A DNA stretch of 64,000 nucleotides, taken from NCBI GenBank assembly GCA_934792465.1, contig CAKVOK010000008.1, positions 3,206 through 67,205 of the forward strand, in the 5' to 3' direction. Each line of letters opens with the position of its first letter. Position 1 is the first letter of the stretch. Position numbers and translations under genes: made by a program. Shown piece by piece: positions 45,913-55,506 of this stretch. The stretch is from an uncultured Clostridia bacterium (lineage in GTDB: Bacteria; Bacillota; Clostridia; RUG12999). The notes below the pieces were generated by a model that worked only from the letters and a program-made list of their open reading frames with translations, had not been told where the DNA came from and searched no databases.

Positions 45913-48039
45913 ATGCAGGTTGTAAAAAGAGACGGTCGCGGAGTTGACTACGACAGAAGCAAAATAATTACGGCTATTAATAAGGCTAACAATGAGGTGG
46001 AAGAACAGGAACGTGCAAGCGAGGACGATATATATTCCATACTTGAATATATCGAGGGCAAATCGAAAAAGAGAATGCTCGTCGAGGATATTCAGGATAT
46101 TATCGAGAAAAAGCTCATGGAGAAGAAAAAGTTTACTCTTGCGAAAACGTATATTTTATACAGATATACAAGAGCGCTTGTCAGAAAGGCGAATACAACG
46201 GACGAATCGATACTCAGCCTTATACAAAATTCAAATAAGGACGTTATGGAGGAAAATTCAAATAAGAACGCAACGGTTGCTTCAACGCAGCGAGATCTTA
46301 TAGCCGGCGAGGTTTCAAAAGACCTTACAAGACGAATACTGTTACCGGAAAAAATCTCAAAGGCGCATGAAGACGGTGTTTTGCATTTTCATGACGCCGA
46401 TTATTTTTTGCAGCCGATATTCAATTGTTGCCTTATAAATATAGGCGATATGCTGGACAACGGAACCGTTATGAACGGCAAGCTCATAGAAAGTCCGAAG
46501 AGCTTTCAGGTTGCCTGCACTATAGTAACGCAGATTATAGCGGCGGTTGCAAGCAGCCAATACGGCGGACAGTCCGTGGATATAAGACACCTCGGAAAAT
46601 ATTTAAGGCTCAGCCGTGAAAAATTCAGAGAGCATTTCAAGGAAGAATGCGGCGACAGCGTTTCCGGCGAGATAATCGAAAAGCTTACGGAAAGACGCTT
46701 GAGAGAAGAACTGAAATCCGGCGTGCAGACAATCCAGTATCAGATAAATACATTGATGACGACGAACGGGCAGTCGCCGTTTGTAACGCTGTTTTTGTAT
46801 CTTGACAAGGACGATGAATATATAGAGGAAAATGCGCTCATTATAGAAGAAATTCTGCGCCAGAGATATGAGGGAATCAAGAACGAATGCGGTGTATACG
46901 TTACTCCGGCATTCCCGAAGCTTATATATGTGCTTGATGAGCATAACTGCTTAAAGGGCGGAAAATACGACTACATAACACGTCTTGCCGTAAAATGCTC
47001 CGCAAAGAGAATGTATCCCGATTATATTTCGGCAAAGAAAATGCGTGAGAATTATCAGGGCAACGTATTTAGCTGTATGGGCTGCCGCAGCTTCCTTTCA
47101 CCTTGGAAAGACGAAAACGGCAACTATAAATTCGAGGGCAGATTCAACCAGGGTGTTGTAAGTCTTAACCTGCCTCAGATCGGCATTATCGCAAGAGGCG
47201 ATGAGGAAAAATTCTGGAAGCTTATGGACGAAAGACTTCAGCTTTGCTACGAAGCTTTGATGTGCCGTCACGATGCGCTTATGGACGTAACCTCGGACGT
47301 AAGCCCGGTACACTGGCAATACGGCGCAATCGCAAGACTTAATAAAGGCGAAAAGATTAATAAATATCTTCTTGACGGATATTCAACGCTTTCACTCGGA
47401 TATATCGGTCTTTACGAAGTTACGAAGCTTATGAAAGGCGTATCTCATACAGACCCTGTAGGCAGAGAATTTGCACTTCGTGTTATGGAATATATGCGTG
47501 CGGCTACGGATCACTGGAAAAAAGAAACAGGACTCGGTTTCGCACTCTACGGAACGCCTGCCGAATCGCTCTGCTACAGATTTGCACGTATAGACAAACA
47601 GCGTTTCGGAACGATTGAAGACGTAACGGACAAAGGATATTATACAAATTCGTATCATGTTGATGTGCGTGAAGAGATAGACGCATTTTCAAAATTCGAT
47701 TTTGAAAGCGTATTCCAGAATATTTCTTCCGGCGGTGCAATTTCTTATGTTGAAATACCGAATATGCGTCACAATCTTGAAGCCGTTGAGGACGTCGTAA
47801 GATATATATACGACAATATACAGTATGCCGAATTTAATACGAAAAGTGATTATTGCCAGGTATGCGGATATGACGGTGAAATCATAATAAACGACGACAA
47901 CGAATGGGAATGCCCGAACTGCCATAACAAAGACCACAGGAAAATGAATGTAACAAGACGTACCTGCGGATATTTGGGTGAAAACTTCTGGAACGAGGGC
48001 AAGACGAAAGAAATCAAGGCAAGAGTTCTTCATTTATAA
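45913..48039 (+). CDS. nrdD: Anaerobic ribonucleoside-triphosphate reductase (class III)
   Basis: N-terminal ATP-cone (VVKRDGRGVDYDRSKI). C-terminal Zn-ribbon CQVCGYDGE...WECPNCHN. Glycyl-radical motif RRTCGYLG. AAAGGAG RBS before the ATG at 45913. Confidence 0.95.
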   Translation: MQVVKRDGRGVDYDRSKIITAINKANNEVEEQERASEDDIYSILEYIEGKSKKRMLVEDIQDIIEKKLMEKKKFTLAKTYILYRYTRALVRKANTTDESILSLIQNSNKDVMEENSNKNATVASTQRDLIAGEVSKDLTRRILLPEKISKAHEDGVLHFHDADYFLQPIFNCCLINIGDMLDNGTVMNGKLIESPKSFQVACTIVTQIIAAVASSQYGGQSVDIRHLGKYLRLSREKFREHFKEECGDSVSGEIIEKLTERRLREELKSGVQTIQYQINTLMTTNGQSPFVTLFLYLDKDDEYIEENALIIEEILRQRYEGIKNECGVYVTPAFPKLIYVLDEHNCLKGGKYDYITRLAVKCSAKRMYPDYISAKKMRENYQGNVFSCMGCRSFLSPWKDENGNYKFEGRFNQGVVSLNLPQIGIIARGDEEKFWKLMDERLQLCYEALMCRHDALMDVTSDVSPVHWQYGAIARLNKGEKINKYLLDGYSTLSLGYIGLYEVTKLMKGVSHTDPVGREFALRVMEYMRAATDHWKKETGLGFALYGTPAESLCYRFARIDKQRFGTIEDVTDKGYYTNSYHVDVREEIDAFSKFDFESVFQNISSGGAISYVEIPNMRHNLEAVEDVVRYIYDNIQYAEFNTKSDYCQVCGYDGEIIINDDNEWECPNCHNKDHRKMNVTRRTCGYLGENFWNEGKTKEIKARVLHL

Positions 48040-48052
48040 TTTAAATATATAT

Positions 48053-48077
48053 CTGCGGCGGTGCAAATCCGCCGCAG
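48053..48077 (+). other. Perfect 9-bp GC-rich stem-loop between nrdD and nrdG
   Basis: CTGCGGCGG (48053-48061) pairs with CCGCCGCAG (48069-48077), with a 7-nt loop and no U-run. Confidence 0.5.
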
Positions 48078-48111
48078 AGTCATTAAATCATTATATGTTA
48101 GGAAGATTTGT

Positions 48112-48660
48112 ATGAATTATGCAACGATAAAAGCTCATGATGTGGCGAACGGTCCGGGCGTCAGAGTGTCTTTGTTCGTAAGCGGATGCACACACCATTG
48201 CAAAGGCTGTTTCAACAGCGAAACCTGGGATTTTGCTTACGGAAAAGAATTTACAAAAGAAACGGAAGACAAGATTATAGAGGCGCTCAAACCCGATTTT
48301 ATAAAAGGATTTTCCCTGCTCGGAGGCGAACCTTTCGAGCCTGCGAATCAGAGGGTATTGTATCCGTTTTTGAAACGTGTAAAGGAAATGTATCCGAATA
48401 AAAAAATCTGGTGCTACAGCGGTTATCTTTTCGATAAAGAGCTTTTGGGAGAAAGCCGTGCAAGATGCGAAGTGACGGACAGAATGCTCTCGCTTATAGA
48501 CGTTCTTGTGGACGGCGAATTTAAAGAAGAATTGAAAAAGCTTTCTTTGAGGTTTAAAGGTTCCGAAAATCAGAGGATTTTAGATGTTAAAGAATCGCTC
48601 AAAAAGAGAGAAGCCGTGCTTTGGACGGACGAGCATTTGAAATTGGAGGCGAAAGTATGA
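48112..48660 (+). CDS. nrdG: Anaerobic ribonucleotide reductase activating protein (radical SAM)
   Basis: DVANGPGVRVSLFVSGCTHHCKGCFN (CxxxCxxC cluster) and LLGGEP. The ATG is at 48112. Confidence 0.9.
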   Translation: MNYATIKAHDVANGPGVRVSLFVSGCTHHCKGCFNSETWDFAYGKEFTKETEDKIIEALKPDFIKGFSLLGGEPFEPANQRVLYPFLKRVKEMYPNKKIWCYSGYLFDKELLGESRARCEVTDRMLSLIDVLVDGEFKEELKKLSLRFKGSENQRILDVKESLKKREAVLWTDEHLKLEAKV

Positions 48661-49088
48661 AAGTAAAAAAGCTTAATGAAAAAGCAATACTTCCGACATA
48701 CGGAAGCGAATTTTCCGCCGGGGCGGATTTGTATGCACTGACAGACGAAACCATAACGGTAAATCCCGGTGAAACCGTGCTTGTACATACGGGACTTGCA
48801 ATGGAAATACCTGTGGGCTACGGCGGCTTTATATACGCACGCAGCGGACTTGCGACGAAAAAGGCGCTTGCACCCGCAAACAAAGTGGGCGTTATAGATG
48901 CAGATTACAGAGGCGAAGTAATGGTGGCTCTTCATAATCATTCGGAAAAGGCTGCCGTTATAGAAAACGGCGAGAGAATAGCACAGCTGGTTATAGCACC
49001 GTTTTATAAAGTTGAATTTGAGCTTGCGGACGAGCTTTCCGATACAGTGCGAGGCAGCGGCGGATTCGGCTCGACAGGAACAAAATAA
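48657..49088 (+). CDS. dut: dUTP diphosphatase
   Basis: GSEFSAGADLYA, ARSGLA, GVIDADYRGEV, RIAQLVI and RGSGGFGSTG. ATGA overlap with nrdG. Confidence 0.9.
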   Translation: MKVKKLNEKAILPTYGSEFSAGADLYALTDETITVNPGETVLVHTGLAMEIPVGYGGFIYARSGLATKKALAPANKVGVIDADYRGEVMVALHNHSEKAAVIENGERIAQLVIAPFYKVEFELADELSDTVRGSGGFGSTGTK

Positions 49089-49102
49089 TGAATAATGAAA
49101 AC

Positions 49103-49140
49103 GAGGGTGCTGCAAAACGAAATTGTTTTGCAGCACCCTC
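49103..49140. terminator. Bidirectional hairpin (copy 1 of a repeated 38-nt element) between dut and azlD
   Basis: Perfect 16-bp stem pairing GAGGGTGCTGCAAAAC with GTTTTGCAGCACCCTC, with a 6-nt loop. A near-identical copy lies at 58152-58189. Confidence 0.55.
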
Positions 49141-49168
49141 GTTTGGGGCTTTGGAAAAATGCCCATTA

Positions 49169-49495
49169 TCAGAACACCAATTGAACAAGAAACATATATA
49201 TTACAGTTCCTGACGCTATGGATACGAGCATATTTCGCTTTAAAGCATGAATCAATACAATAGCCGCAATCGAGATAAGCTCCGGTATTCCGTGGTTTCC
49301 CGTGAGTATATTTGTGCTTTTCAGACTGTATACAACGAGCAGTGCGAACATTGCACCGGGCAGCACAGTTCCGAGATATTCAATATATTTCGGAGTGCGT
49401 TTTTTGCCGGAGAATATGAAAAACGGCAGAAAACGTGTGAGCATTGTTGCGAGAGCAACAGCCGCAATGATTATTATTTGCTGATTTATACTCAT
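49169..49495 (-). CDS. azlD: Branched-chain amino acid transport protein AzlD
   Basis: 108-aa, 3-4 TM protein ([25 protein letters not shown]...). Its ATG at 49495 overlaps the azlC stop (ATGA). The upstream part of the tabulated 187-aa ORF overlaps azlC and is not coding. Confidence 0.7.
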   Translation of the reverse strand: MSINQQIIIIAAVALATMLTRFLPFFIFSGKKRTPKYIEYLGTVLPGAMFALLVVYSLKSTNILTGNHGIPELISIAAIVLIHALKRNMLVSIASGTVIYMFLVQLVF

Positions 49496-50196
49496 GTCTT
49501 CCCCTCCAAATGTTTCCTTGATATGCTGAGCAAGAGAAGAATTGCAACCATAGACGGAATTATAAAGCCGTCTGTTCCGAAAAGTATAAGGCATATTACG
49601 GATATTATAAGTCCCATGGTCGAAGCGGTATGATTGCTTTCTTTCAGCCACTGTTCGAGAAAGATAACGACAAACAGTGCCGTCATGGAAAATTCGATTC
49701 CGTTGGTATTGAATTTCAGCAGCGAACCGCATATGCCGCCGAGTGTAGAACCGAAAAACCAGTAAAACTGATTAAGCAGCGTTACAAACGTCATAAAAAG
49801 CCCTTCGTCAACGTCATGCGGTATATTCGCAGTGTAATTTATTGAGAAAGTTTCGTCGCACATACCGAATATAAGATACGGTTTCAGCTTGCCCGTACCC
49901 TTGAATTTGTCCAACATGGATATGCCGTAGAATAAATGCCGTGCATTTATCATCAATGCCATTAGAAATGCCTGAACGGGATTGAACGGCGAAAGCAGCA
50001 TATTAACCGTGACAAATTCTACCGAACCTGCAAATATTACAAGGCTCATTATCATGGGATATACAAAAGAAAATCCCGATACATTCATATAAATTCCGTA
50101 TGTAAGTCCCAAAAACCAAAATCCGGCGAATATCGGCACGGTATAAGGGAATGCTGCTTTAAAAGCTTTTGCGATTTCTTTTTTGCCATGTTTCAT
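49492..50196 (-). CDS. azlC: AzlC-family branched-chain amino acid permease component
   Basis: Polytopic 234-aa protein (...[23 protein letters not shown]..., NARHLFYG) paired with azlD. Confidence 0.8.
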   Translation of the reverse strand: MKHGKKEIAKAFKAAFPYTVPIFAGFWFLGLTYGIYMNVSGFSFVYPMIMSLVIFAGSVEFVTVNMLLSPFNPVQAFLMALMINARHLFYGISMLDKFKGTGKLKPYLIFGMCDETFSINYTANIPHDVDEGLFMTFVTLLNQFYWFFGSTLGGICGSLLKFNTNGIEFSMTALFVVIFLEQWLKESNHTASTMGLIISVICLILFGTDGFIIPSMVAILLLLSISRKHLEGKT

Positions 50197-51857
50197 TAAT
50201 CGATAACCGCTCCTTTGTCTGCCGATGAAACATTTTTCGCATATCTTGCAATATATCCTTTAAGATTTTCTTTTTTCTTAATCTGCATTTCAGATTTTCG
50301 CTTTTGAAGCTCATCTGCCGATATATCTATGTCTATTTTGTAGTTCGGAATATCAATATTTATTATATCGCCCTCTTTAATGTATGCAATCGTTCCGCCG
50401 TTTGCGGCTTCGGGAGATATATGCCCGATTGCGGCACCACGTGTCGCACCGGAGAATCTTCCGTCAGTTATCAGCGCAACGTCTTTGTCGAGTCCCATAC
50501 CGGCAATTGCCGAGGTGGGGGAGAGCATTTCGCGCATTCCCGGACCGCCTGCCGGACCTTCGTAGCGTATAACAACTACATCGCCTTTGCTTATCTTGCT
50601 GTCGTATATTGCGGAAATAGCTTCTTCCTCACTGTCGAATACTCTTGCTTTTCCACTGTGAACAAGCATTTCGGGTGCTACGGCACTGCGCTTTACGACC
50701 GCACCGTTTTCGGCAAGCGAGCCGAATAATACGGCAAGACCACCGGTCTTGGAATACGGATTGTCTATGCTTCTTATAACATCTCCGTGTATGCATTTTG
50801 CATTTGAGATATTTTCCTTAACCGTTTTACCGGTGACGGTCATTTCGTTTTCGTGCAGCATATTTTTTGTTGAAAGTTCACGCATTACGGCGTATACTCC
50901 GCCTGCCGCATGAAAATCCTGAATATGGTATTTCCCTGCCGGTGCGAGATGACAGATATTCGGTGTTTTTTCGCTTATTTCATTTACCTTTTTGAGGTTG
51001 AAATCAATGCCTGTTTCGTGCGCCAATGCGGTTAAATGGAGCAGTGAGTTGCTGGAACAGCCTATAGCCATATCAACCGTCAAAGCGTTTTCGATAGCAT
51101 TTTCCGTTATTATATCAAGCGGACGTATGTCTTTTTCCACAAGCTCGGCAATCTTCATTCCGGTGTCCTTTGCAAGTCTTATGCGTTCGGCATATACTGC
51201 CGGGATTGTTCCGTTTCCTTGGAGTGCGATACCGAGTGCCTCGCACAGACAGTTCATGGAATTTGCCGTAAACATACCGGAGCAAGAACCGCAGCCGGGG
51301 CAGGCATTATCTTCAAAATATTTAAGCTCATTTTCACCCATTGAGCCTTTTTTATATGCGCCGACCGCTTCGAATACGCTGTTCAAATCCATGTGTTTTC
51401 CGTCGTCGGAACAATTGGAAAGCATCGCACCGCCCGAAACGAATATAGACGGTATGTTCAGACGAACTGCCGCCAGGAGCATACCGGGGACGATTTTGTC
51501 GCAGTTCGGTATAAATACAAGCCCATCGAAAGCATGAGCCATAGCCATACATTCGATGCTGTCGGCGATTATCTCACGGGAGGCAAGGGAATATTTCATT
51601 CCCTCGTGTCCCATTGCGATACCGTCGCAAACGCCTATTGTATTAAATTCAATCGGAGTTGCGCCGGCAGCAAGTATACCGTCTTTAACAGCACGTGCTA
51701 TAGTGTTCAAATGAACGTGTCCCGGTACAATTTCATTGAAAGAATTTACAACGCCTATAATCGGACGGCGGATTTGCTCATCGGTCAGTCCGAGAGCCTT
51801 TAAAAGTGATCTCTGAGGTGCCCGTTCCGCTCCTTTTTTTATGTTATCACTTCTCAT
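50196..51857 (-). CDS. ilvD: Dihydroxy-acid dehydratase
   Basis: [70 protein letters not shown] and [10 protein letters not shown]. Confidence 0.95.
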   Translation of the reverse strand: MRSDNIKKGAERAPQRSLLKALGLTDEQIRRPIIGVVNSFNEIVPGHVHLNTIARAVKDGILAAGATPIEFNTIGVCDGIAMGHEGMKYSLASREIIADSIECMAMAHAFDGLVFIPNCDKIVPGMLLAAVRLNIPSIFVSGGAMLSNCSDDGKHMDLNSVFEAVGAYKKGSMGENELKYFEDNACPGCGSCSGMFTANSMNCLCEALGIALQGNGTIPAVYAERIRLAKDTGMKIAELVEKDIRPLDIITENAIENALTVDMAIGCSSNSLLHLTALAHETGIDFNLKKVNEISEKTPNICHLAPAGKYHIQDFHAAGGVYAVMRELSTKNMLHENEMTVTGKTVKENISNAKCIHGDVIRSIDNPYSKTGGLAVLFGSLAENGAVVKRSAVAPEMLVHSGKARVFDSEEEAISAIYDSKISKGDVVVIRYEGPAGGPGMREMLSPTSAIAGMGLDKDVALITDGRFSGATRGAAIGHISPEAANGGTIAYIKEGDIINIDIPNYKIDIDISADELQKRKSEMQIKKKENLKGYIARYAKNVSSADKGAVID

Positions 51858-51870
51858 GTTTATCCTCTCC

Positions 51871-52890
<1,020 letters not shown>

Positions 52891-52922
52891 TTACTCCTTT
52901 TTATTTTTATTGGTTTACCCAA

Positions 52923-53426
52923 TTATTTTTTTTCGTCTTTCAGGCAGCGTTTGCCCCTGTCCATGGAAACTGTGCCGGTTCGGCAAAGCTCCAGTATACC
53001 GTAAGGTTTCATTAAATCTATGAAAGCTTCAAGTTTTCCGGTTTCGCCCGTCATCTCAATGCAGACGGATTTCGGTGTATAATCTATTATTTTACTTCTG
53101 AATACATTTGCAGCATCCATAATCTCATGGCGGTTTTCCTTGGTTGCCGCCACTTTTATCAGCACAAATTCACGTGATACGATTTCACCCGGAATCATTT
53201 CCTTTATTTCGTATACATCATGCATCTTGGAAAGCTGCTTGATACTTTGGTCGCGATCGTAATCCTCACCGGTCATTGTTATTGTCATTCGTGAAAATTT
53301 CGGATTTTCCGTTTCGCCTACGACAAGGCTGTCTATGTTAAATCCCCGCCGCCCGAACATTCCGGATATTCTTGTCAATACGCCGGCTTTGTTCAGAACA
53401 AGCATTCCTATTATATATTTTTTCAT
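52923..53426 (-). CDS. ilvN: Acetolactate synthase small (regulatory) subunit
   Basis: The ACT domain LVLNKAGVLTRISGMFGRRGFNIDSLVVGETE and the 167-aa length fit, and it lies downstream of ilvB. Confidence 0.9.
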   Translation of the reverse strand: MKKYIIGMLVLNKAGVLTRISGMFGRRGFNIDSLVVGETENPKFSRMTITMTGEDYDRDQSIKQLSKMHDVYEIKEMIPGEIVSREFVLIKVAATKENRHEIMDAANVFRSKIIDYTPKSVCIEMTGETGKLEAFIDLMKPYGILELCRTGTVSMDRGKRCLKDEKK

Positions 53427-53435
53427 ATGTATCTC

Positions 53436-55082
53436 CTACCTTATTATTAAATCATCGAATGTACCGTTCGGCGGTATCATCGGAAGAACTCTGTCGTTTA
53501 TGTCGATTTTGCAATCTATTACGAAAGGCTCATTCTGCATAAACGCTTCTTTGATAATGGGTTCGAGTTCGCTTTCGTTAAGTATGCGTTTTGCTTTTAT
53601 CCCGAAAGCGTCCGCAAGCTTTACGAAATCCGTTTTGCGGTGAAGTGTTGTCTGCGAATAATGTCCGTCGAAAAACATCGTCTGCATTTGACGTACCATT
53701 CCCAAAGTGCCGTTGTTCATTATGAGAATTATCAGCGGAATGTTGTGTGTGCCGACTGTTGCAAGTTCGTTCATATCCATACCGAAGCTGCCGTCGCCCG
53801 TAATCAGTACGGTTTTTCTGCCGGTCGCCATTGCCGCACCTATCGCACCGCCGACACCGAATCCCATTGCCCCAAGACCGCCGCTCGATATGAATGTGCG
53901 GGGATTTTTGAATTTATAATACTGCGCCGTCCACATCTGATGCTGTCCTACGTCCGTAACGATTGGCGTATTGTCCTTTGCATATTTTCTTATGCATTCG
54001 ACAATTTCACGAGGATAAAGCTTAGAGACTTCCGTTTTTGCCTGCTCGGTTTTCAGCATTTTTATTTCATCTCGCCACTCGGGATTGTTCTTTTTCGGGA
54101 GCAAGGGAATAATGGCATTGAGCGTATCCTTTACATCTGCGTTTATTCCTATATTGGACGTTACGTTTTTATCAATCTCCGCATTGTCTATATCAACATG
54201 AATGATTTTTGTTTTCTTGTTCATCTTGAATCGGCTGTTTATCGCACGGTCGCTGAACCTTGCGCCGAGTGCTATAATCAAATCGGAATCGCCCTTTGCT
54301 TTTGTGGCGGCATATCTGCCGTGCATACCCGTCATGCCGAGCATATTCGGATTGTCCGCCGATACTGCGGTAAGCCCCATCATAGACGTCCCTATCGGTG
54401 CGTCAATGATTTCCGCAAGCTCCGCAATTTCTTTTTCGGCATTTGCCGCAATTGCGCCGCCGCCGCAATATATAAAAGGCTTTTTGGATTTTTCGATAAG
54501 CTTTGCCGCCTGATTTATTAGCGTTGCGGACGGTTTCCGCATTTTGCTTTTTTTCACCTTTTCGGCAGGGATATACTTAATTTCCGCTGTCTGAACATCT
54601 TTCGGAATATCAACAAGTACAGGACCTGTTCGACCTGAAATTGCAATTCTGAACGCTTCGCGCAGCGTATCCGCAAGCTCATCAATTGATTTCACGATAA
54701 AACCGTGTTTTACTATAGGCATTGTAATGCCGGCAATATCAACTTCCTGAAAACTGTCCCTGCCTATAAGAAAATTGGGGACGTTTCCCGTCACGGCAAC
54801 CATAGGCACGGAATCAAGATACGCATTTGCTATTCCGGTTACAAGGTTTGTAGCACCCGGCCCGGAGGTTGCTATAACAACGCCGCACTTTCCCGAAGCT
54901 CTCGCATAGCCGTCTGCGGCGTGTGCCGCACCCTGTTCGTGTGCCGTGAGCACGTGAGTTATTTTGTCGGAATACTTATAGAGTGCGTCATATATATTCA
55001 CGACCTGACCGCCGGGATACCCGAATACGGTATCGACATCCTGTTCAAGAAGCACGTTAATCAAAATTTCAGAACCGTTCAT
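53436..55082 (-). CDS. ilvB: Acetolactate synthase large subunit (biosynthetic, ThDP-dependent)
   Basis: GYPGGQVVNIYDAL, ATSGPGATNLVTGIA, GGLGAMGFGVGGAIGA and ThDP motif GDGSFGMDMNELATV...NNG. Confidence 0.95.
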   Translation of the reverse strand: MNGSEILINVLLEQDVDTVFGYPGGQVVNIYDALYKYSDKITHVLTAHEQGAAHAADGYARASGKCGVVIATSGPGATNLVTGIANAYLDSVPMVAVTGNVPNFLIGRDSFQEVDIAGITMPIVKHGFIVKSIDELADTLREAFRIAISGRTGPVLVDIPKDVQTAEIKYIPAEKVKKSKMRKPSATLINQAAKLIEKSKKPFIYCGGGAIAANAEKEIAELAEIIDAPIGTSMMGLTAVSADNPNMLGMTGMHGRYAATKAKGDSDLIIALGARFSDRAINSRFKMNKKTKIIHVDIDNAEIDKNVTSNIGINADVKDTLNAIIPLLPKKNNPEWRDEIKMLKTEQAKTEVSKLYPREIVECIRKYAKDNTPIVTDVGQHQMWTAQYYKFKNPRTFISSGGLGAMGFGVGGAIGAAMATGRKTVLITGDGSFGMDMNELATVGTHNIPLIILIMNNGTLGMVRQMQTMFFDGHYSQTTLHRKTDFVKLADAFGIKAKRILNESELEPIIKEAFMQNEPFVIDCKIDINDRVLPMIPPNGTFDDLIIR

Positions 55083-55098
55083 AATCTCTTATCCTTTC

Positions 55099-55136
55099 AA
55101 AAAAAATATGGATTTGCGACTGTTCGGCGCAAACCC
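55099..55136 (-). terminator. Rho-independent terminator (attenuator) immediately upstream of the ilvB RBS
   Basis: Minus-strand RNA GGGUUUGCG-CCGAACAGU-CGCAAAUCC followed by AUAUUUUUUUU. It ends 16 nt before the ilvB ATG. Confidence 0.6.
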
Positions 55137-55202
55137 AGAAAAATACATATATATCAATAAAACATGATTATATCCATTTCATTTGTTATACGACAAACAG
55201 CG

Positions 55203-55280
55203 CTATATTCCGCATGCCACGACGACGAGCACGAGAACAGCGCTGACTGCTGCCAAAACTACAAATGAAAAACCAATCAT
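55203..55280 (-). CDS. Candidate ilv leader peptide (25 aa, Val/Leu/Ile-rich)
   Basis: AAGGAGA sits 7 nt before the ATG. The peptide is MIGFSFVVLAAVSAVLVLVVVACGI: 13 of 25 residues are branched-chain, including the run VLVLVVV. It lies between a consensus promoter and the terminator preceding ilvB. Confidence 0.5.
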   Translation of the reverse strand: MIGFSFVVLAAVSAVLVLVVVACGI

Positions 55281-55316
55281 CTTTTTATCTCCTTTACAAA
55301 AAATAAATATGTATAT

Positions 55317-55345
55317 ATAATACCACAAAGCAAGAAAAATGTCAA
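55317..55345 (-). promoter_or_regulatory. Sigma-A promoter of the ilv leader/operon
   Basis: On the minus strand: TTGACA (55345-55340), 17 bp, TATTAT (55322-55317), with an extended TG. Confidence 0.55.
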
Positions 55346-55439
55346 TGCTTTTTTGAAATTTTATGCATTTTATTAATTTTTTTGTATGAAATTTGTTTAG
55401 TATGGATAAAAAGTGCCAAAAAATAAATTCAGAAAAAAT

Positions 55440-55468
55440 TTGACTAATTAAAAAAAATATTGTATAAT
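55440..55468 (+). promoter_or_regulatory. Sigma-A promoter of cimA
   Basis: TTGACT (55440-55445), 17 bp, TATAAT (55463-55468), about 38 nt upstream of the ATG. Confidence 0.55.
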
Positions 55469-55506
55469 ATATAGTAGGGAAAATTATCAAAAACGGAGTG
55501 AACTGT

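Noticed and set aside
49496-49732. N-terminal extension of the azlD ORF (187 aa as tabulated).
   Set aside because: The extension overlaps azlC in another frame and is Arg/Tyr/Asn-rich junk. An ATG at 49495 with an ATGA overlap to the azlC stop gives a canonical 108-aa AzlD.
55083-55310. T-box riboswitch upstream of ilvB, the expected Firmicute mechanism.
   Set aside because: The leader is only about 230 nt. I find no T-box consensus (AAnnnGGGUGGUACCGCG-like) or specifier-loop/AG-bay/GNUGGUA elements. The leader-peptide model fits better.
55421-55440. Possible CodY box (TAAATTCAGAAAAAA) just upstream of the cimA -35.
   Set aside because: It has about five mismatches to AATTTTCWGAAAATT in an AT-rich region, so it cannot be distinguished from background by eye.
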